DNA of 64,000 nucleotides. Source: Azolla caroliniana. Its lineage: Eukaryota; Plantae; Polypodiophyta. Of this stretch, positions 61,315 through 64,000 are shown one piece after another. The notes beneath the pieces were generated by a model. It was not told the DNA's origin. It saw only the letters and a list, made by a program, of their open reading frames with translations, and ran no database searches. The position numbers were made by a program, and so were the translations under genes. Where the stretch lies: NCBI GenBank assembly GCA_043228905.1, contig JBHGNT010000014.1:5084001-5148000 (forward strand), read 5' to 3'. The stretch's first letter is position 1, and each line of letters opens with the position of its first letter.

Positions 61315-64000
61315 TGTTAATCGGCTAATTACTAACTACTACCGATACAGAAGAGTGAACGTCGCTACTCCACGTTCTAACAAGGAATTGTGTTTTACGA
61401 ACGGAAATATACTATATTAATCGGTAATTACCGTGATCGTTACTTAGTTATAAAGTAGGAAGATTACACTTAACAACATAGACAATAGAAAGAACACAGA
61501 ATCCGTACACGATATTCCTAACTTAAACTTATATTCCCAAATAAACGACCTTTCTTACAATGCCTTCGGTTCCCTTTTATAGGTATACCGAAGGTCTTTT
61601 CTCATCAAGAACTATTCCTACTTACTATCAAGAATTACAAAATTATCTAACTAACTTAGTTCTCTTCGTTCACTGCTGAGTCATTGATCCGAACAGTCGA
61701 TCCGAACCGACTCCGTTTTCGACGCTTTCCCACTTGTTCGGTAAAACTGACTGTCCGGGTCCGGGTAACACTTGGCACGTCCGTGGGCCAGGACCTTGTC
61801 CAGCGAACCCACGCCTATTCCTGTAGCTCTTCATCCGAATCGTTCAGAATATCAAAAATCGAACGCTCTTCTGGCCTTGGATGTATTCCATCTATATCTT
61901 CCTCTTCATCTTCATCTTCATCTGTGTCACAGTTGTCATTCGGAGCAGGTTTTGAATGTTATGATTCGGTTGGCTGCTCTGGTTCACTTCTTCCGGGAGC
62001 TTGAAGACCAGGAGTCTTGCTGGTTCTTTCGGCTTCAATTTTATCCAACTGGACGGAAGTGCCTATATCATTTTTGTCGAATTCTTGCATAATACGTTGA
62101 ATTTCTTCTCTATAAAATGCCGCAATTTCGTCCATATCTTTCATGATATCCTCTTGGATATTGTCAATATCCTTTTGTGCCATTTTAAAAAAACCTACAC
62201 CTTGGACCTGACGGTTATTTTTGTCGGCACGCAATAACTGTAATTCCGCCGCTTGTGCCGTCCATAACTTCCATCCTTGCGCAAGGGATTCATCGATCAT
62301 TTTCTTTGCTAGGTTTCGATGTTTCCCTATGATGCGTTGCACTTTGTCCTTAGTGATGCTTGCGACGAATTGAGCGGCTTGCAACTCTTTCCGTAAATCC
62401 GTAATAGTGGCTCGGTTTTCACTTTCAGCCCGCATTAGTTTGGATTCGACTACATATATGTCCAGCCGCCTTTGTTCCGATATCTTCCGAATTTCGTTCA
62501 GTTGTTGTTCGAATGCCGATTTCTCTTTGCTCCATTCCTCCTGGTGTTCCGTAATTCTTCTGTTGACTTCTTCAAGACTCCGCTCTTTTTCTGTCAATTG
62601 ACTTTCCTGTGACACTATATACCTTTCGAATTCCTCAATTTGTTCGGTATATGTATGATTGGCTGTCTTAGCTTCTTCCAGATTTTTCTGTAATTCGTTT
62701 ATTAATTGATTTTTTTCTTCGAGAACTTTGTATTGGCCATTCTGAATGGTTTCTATTTGTTTTTCTAATTCTGTAGTTTGAAATACAGCATTGTTGGCCC
62801 TTGTTGTTTCTGCTTGACGTGCTTTCTCAGCGTCCTCCAATTTCTACTGCCATTCTGACTCCGACGCCATAGGTCGTTCCTGTGTTTCCCATTTGTTTAG
62901 ACTTTCTTTTAGTTCTTTATTTTCTGTCTGTATGTTACAAAACTGACGTTTCAGCACCTCCGCCGATGCTGATACACTTTTGTATCTTTCAGCCATATCA
63001 CTGGCTGCTTTGCGTGCCGTTTCATATTCTCTATGAATTTCGACCAGTGCTTCATGTAATGGTGGCATTTCAATAGCCTCCCCTCTATTCTGTGCATTTC
63101 TTTTCCGGCCGATTTTCTCTATCTCTGCTTTTTCTTGAGGTTCCAACACTCCTCGTAAGGCCTTCTGTATCATTATTCGGTCATTATGTTCTTGAGCCAG
63201 CCGTTCTGATACTTCTGTCAATCTTCTAGCCAACCATTCAACCAGTTCGTATGAAGTTCCGAACTGTAAAATGGCAGCTAATTCATGTGCTGTTGGTGGA
63301 ATATCCAAGCACCCATGTGCTTCCCGAATTGCTACTTTTGAAGATTGTCCTTATTGAAGTTGTGTCGAAACGCTCTCATTCCCTGGTTTTATTACTTCTG
63401 CTACTACAGGCGTATTCGAATTTTCCTTTGTGCATTGCCTTTTCGGTGCTGACCCATCACTGTTTTCTGGTTGGAATTGCCGATTAGCCTTTTGTTTAAC
63501 CCTTGTCCTTTGTCGCATCTTCTCTGCTTGTTGTCGATTTTCTGTCGGCTGCTGCTTGTTTATCAAATGGTCAACTGTTTCTTGTTCGGCTGCTGGTTGC
63601 CTGTTTTCGGAATTCTCTGGTCTTGGTGGTTCCGACTGAGGCATATCCGTTTGTATATTATCGGCATGTGCCGATTCTTCCTCTATCCATTCTTCATGTG
63701 CTACCTGTCGGTGTCTTCGAGGTGCTTGTACTATCGGTGGTCTTCTTGACTAAACAGGAGTTTCCGATTCTTGAATCGGAAACAATACCGATAGCCAACG
63801 ACCAAAAATTTGCTTCATTGGTTTTCCTGTTTTTACCCCTTGTAGCTGCTCTCTCAGAGCTTCCCCCGACAATAGTGGCTAGTTGAAATCCTCTTTTTCG
63901 TATGCGGCTATGATAAACCCAGCCCTTTTTTTCGGCATACAATAAAAACGGGGACTGACAAATCCCACCTCTAGTAAAAATCTAGCCACTTCATGGAAAA
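61315..64000 (-). mobile_element. LTR (61315-~61770) and decayed accessory ORF of a probable gypsy element running out of the window
   Basis: TGTTAATCGG…CCGGGTAACA interrupts the copia RT; reverse TATA ~61574; minus-strand ORF pieces 63351-63644, 62844-63308 and 61959-62840 (coiled-coil-like, E/K/Q-rich). Orientation is not certain. Confidence 0.6.

Overview
This window looks like gene-free, TE-saturated eukaryotic DNA. The TE repertoire suggests a non-seed land plant such as a bryophyte, lycophyte or fern; this is inferred, not verified. No host gene, rRNA or functional tRNA was found. The content is a deep nest of retroelements: two Ty1/copia families (A, including one intact young copy at 22323-27750; B, with several decayed copies), at least three Ty3/gypsy types (tRNA-Trp-primed, Tcn1/Tf1-like self-primed, and one with an accessory coiled-coil ORF), RTEX-like and L1 LINEs, and a Penelope-like RT fragment. 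Removing the nested insertions reveals the main unexplained structure: a 33.7-kb segment (21956-55636) bounded by ~400-bp LTR-like INVERTED repeats with TG...CA ends and a perfect 5-bp TSD (CCCAA), inserted into a copia-B pol gene. Other notable signals are antisense tRNA-like (Pol III A/B-box) cassettes in the U3 of two unrelated LTR families, LTR+PBS units fused to inverted internal sequence (one with a ~30-nt tRNA copy), and a capsid swap in the youngest copia. All calls are by eye from motifs; no database searches were run.
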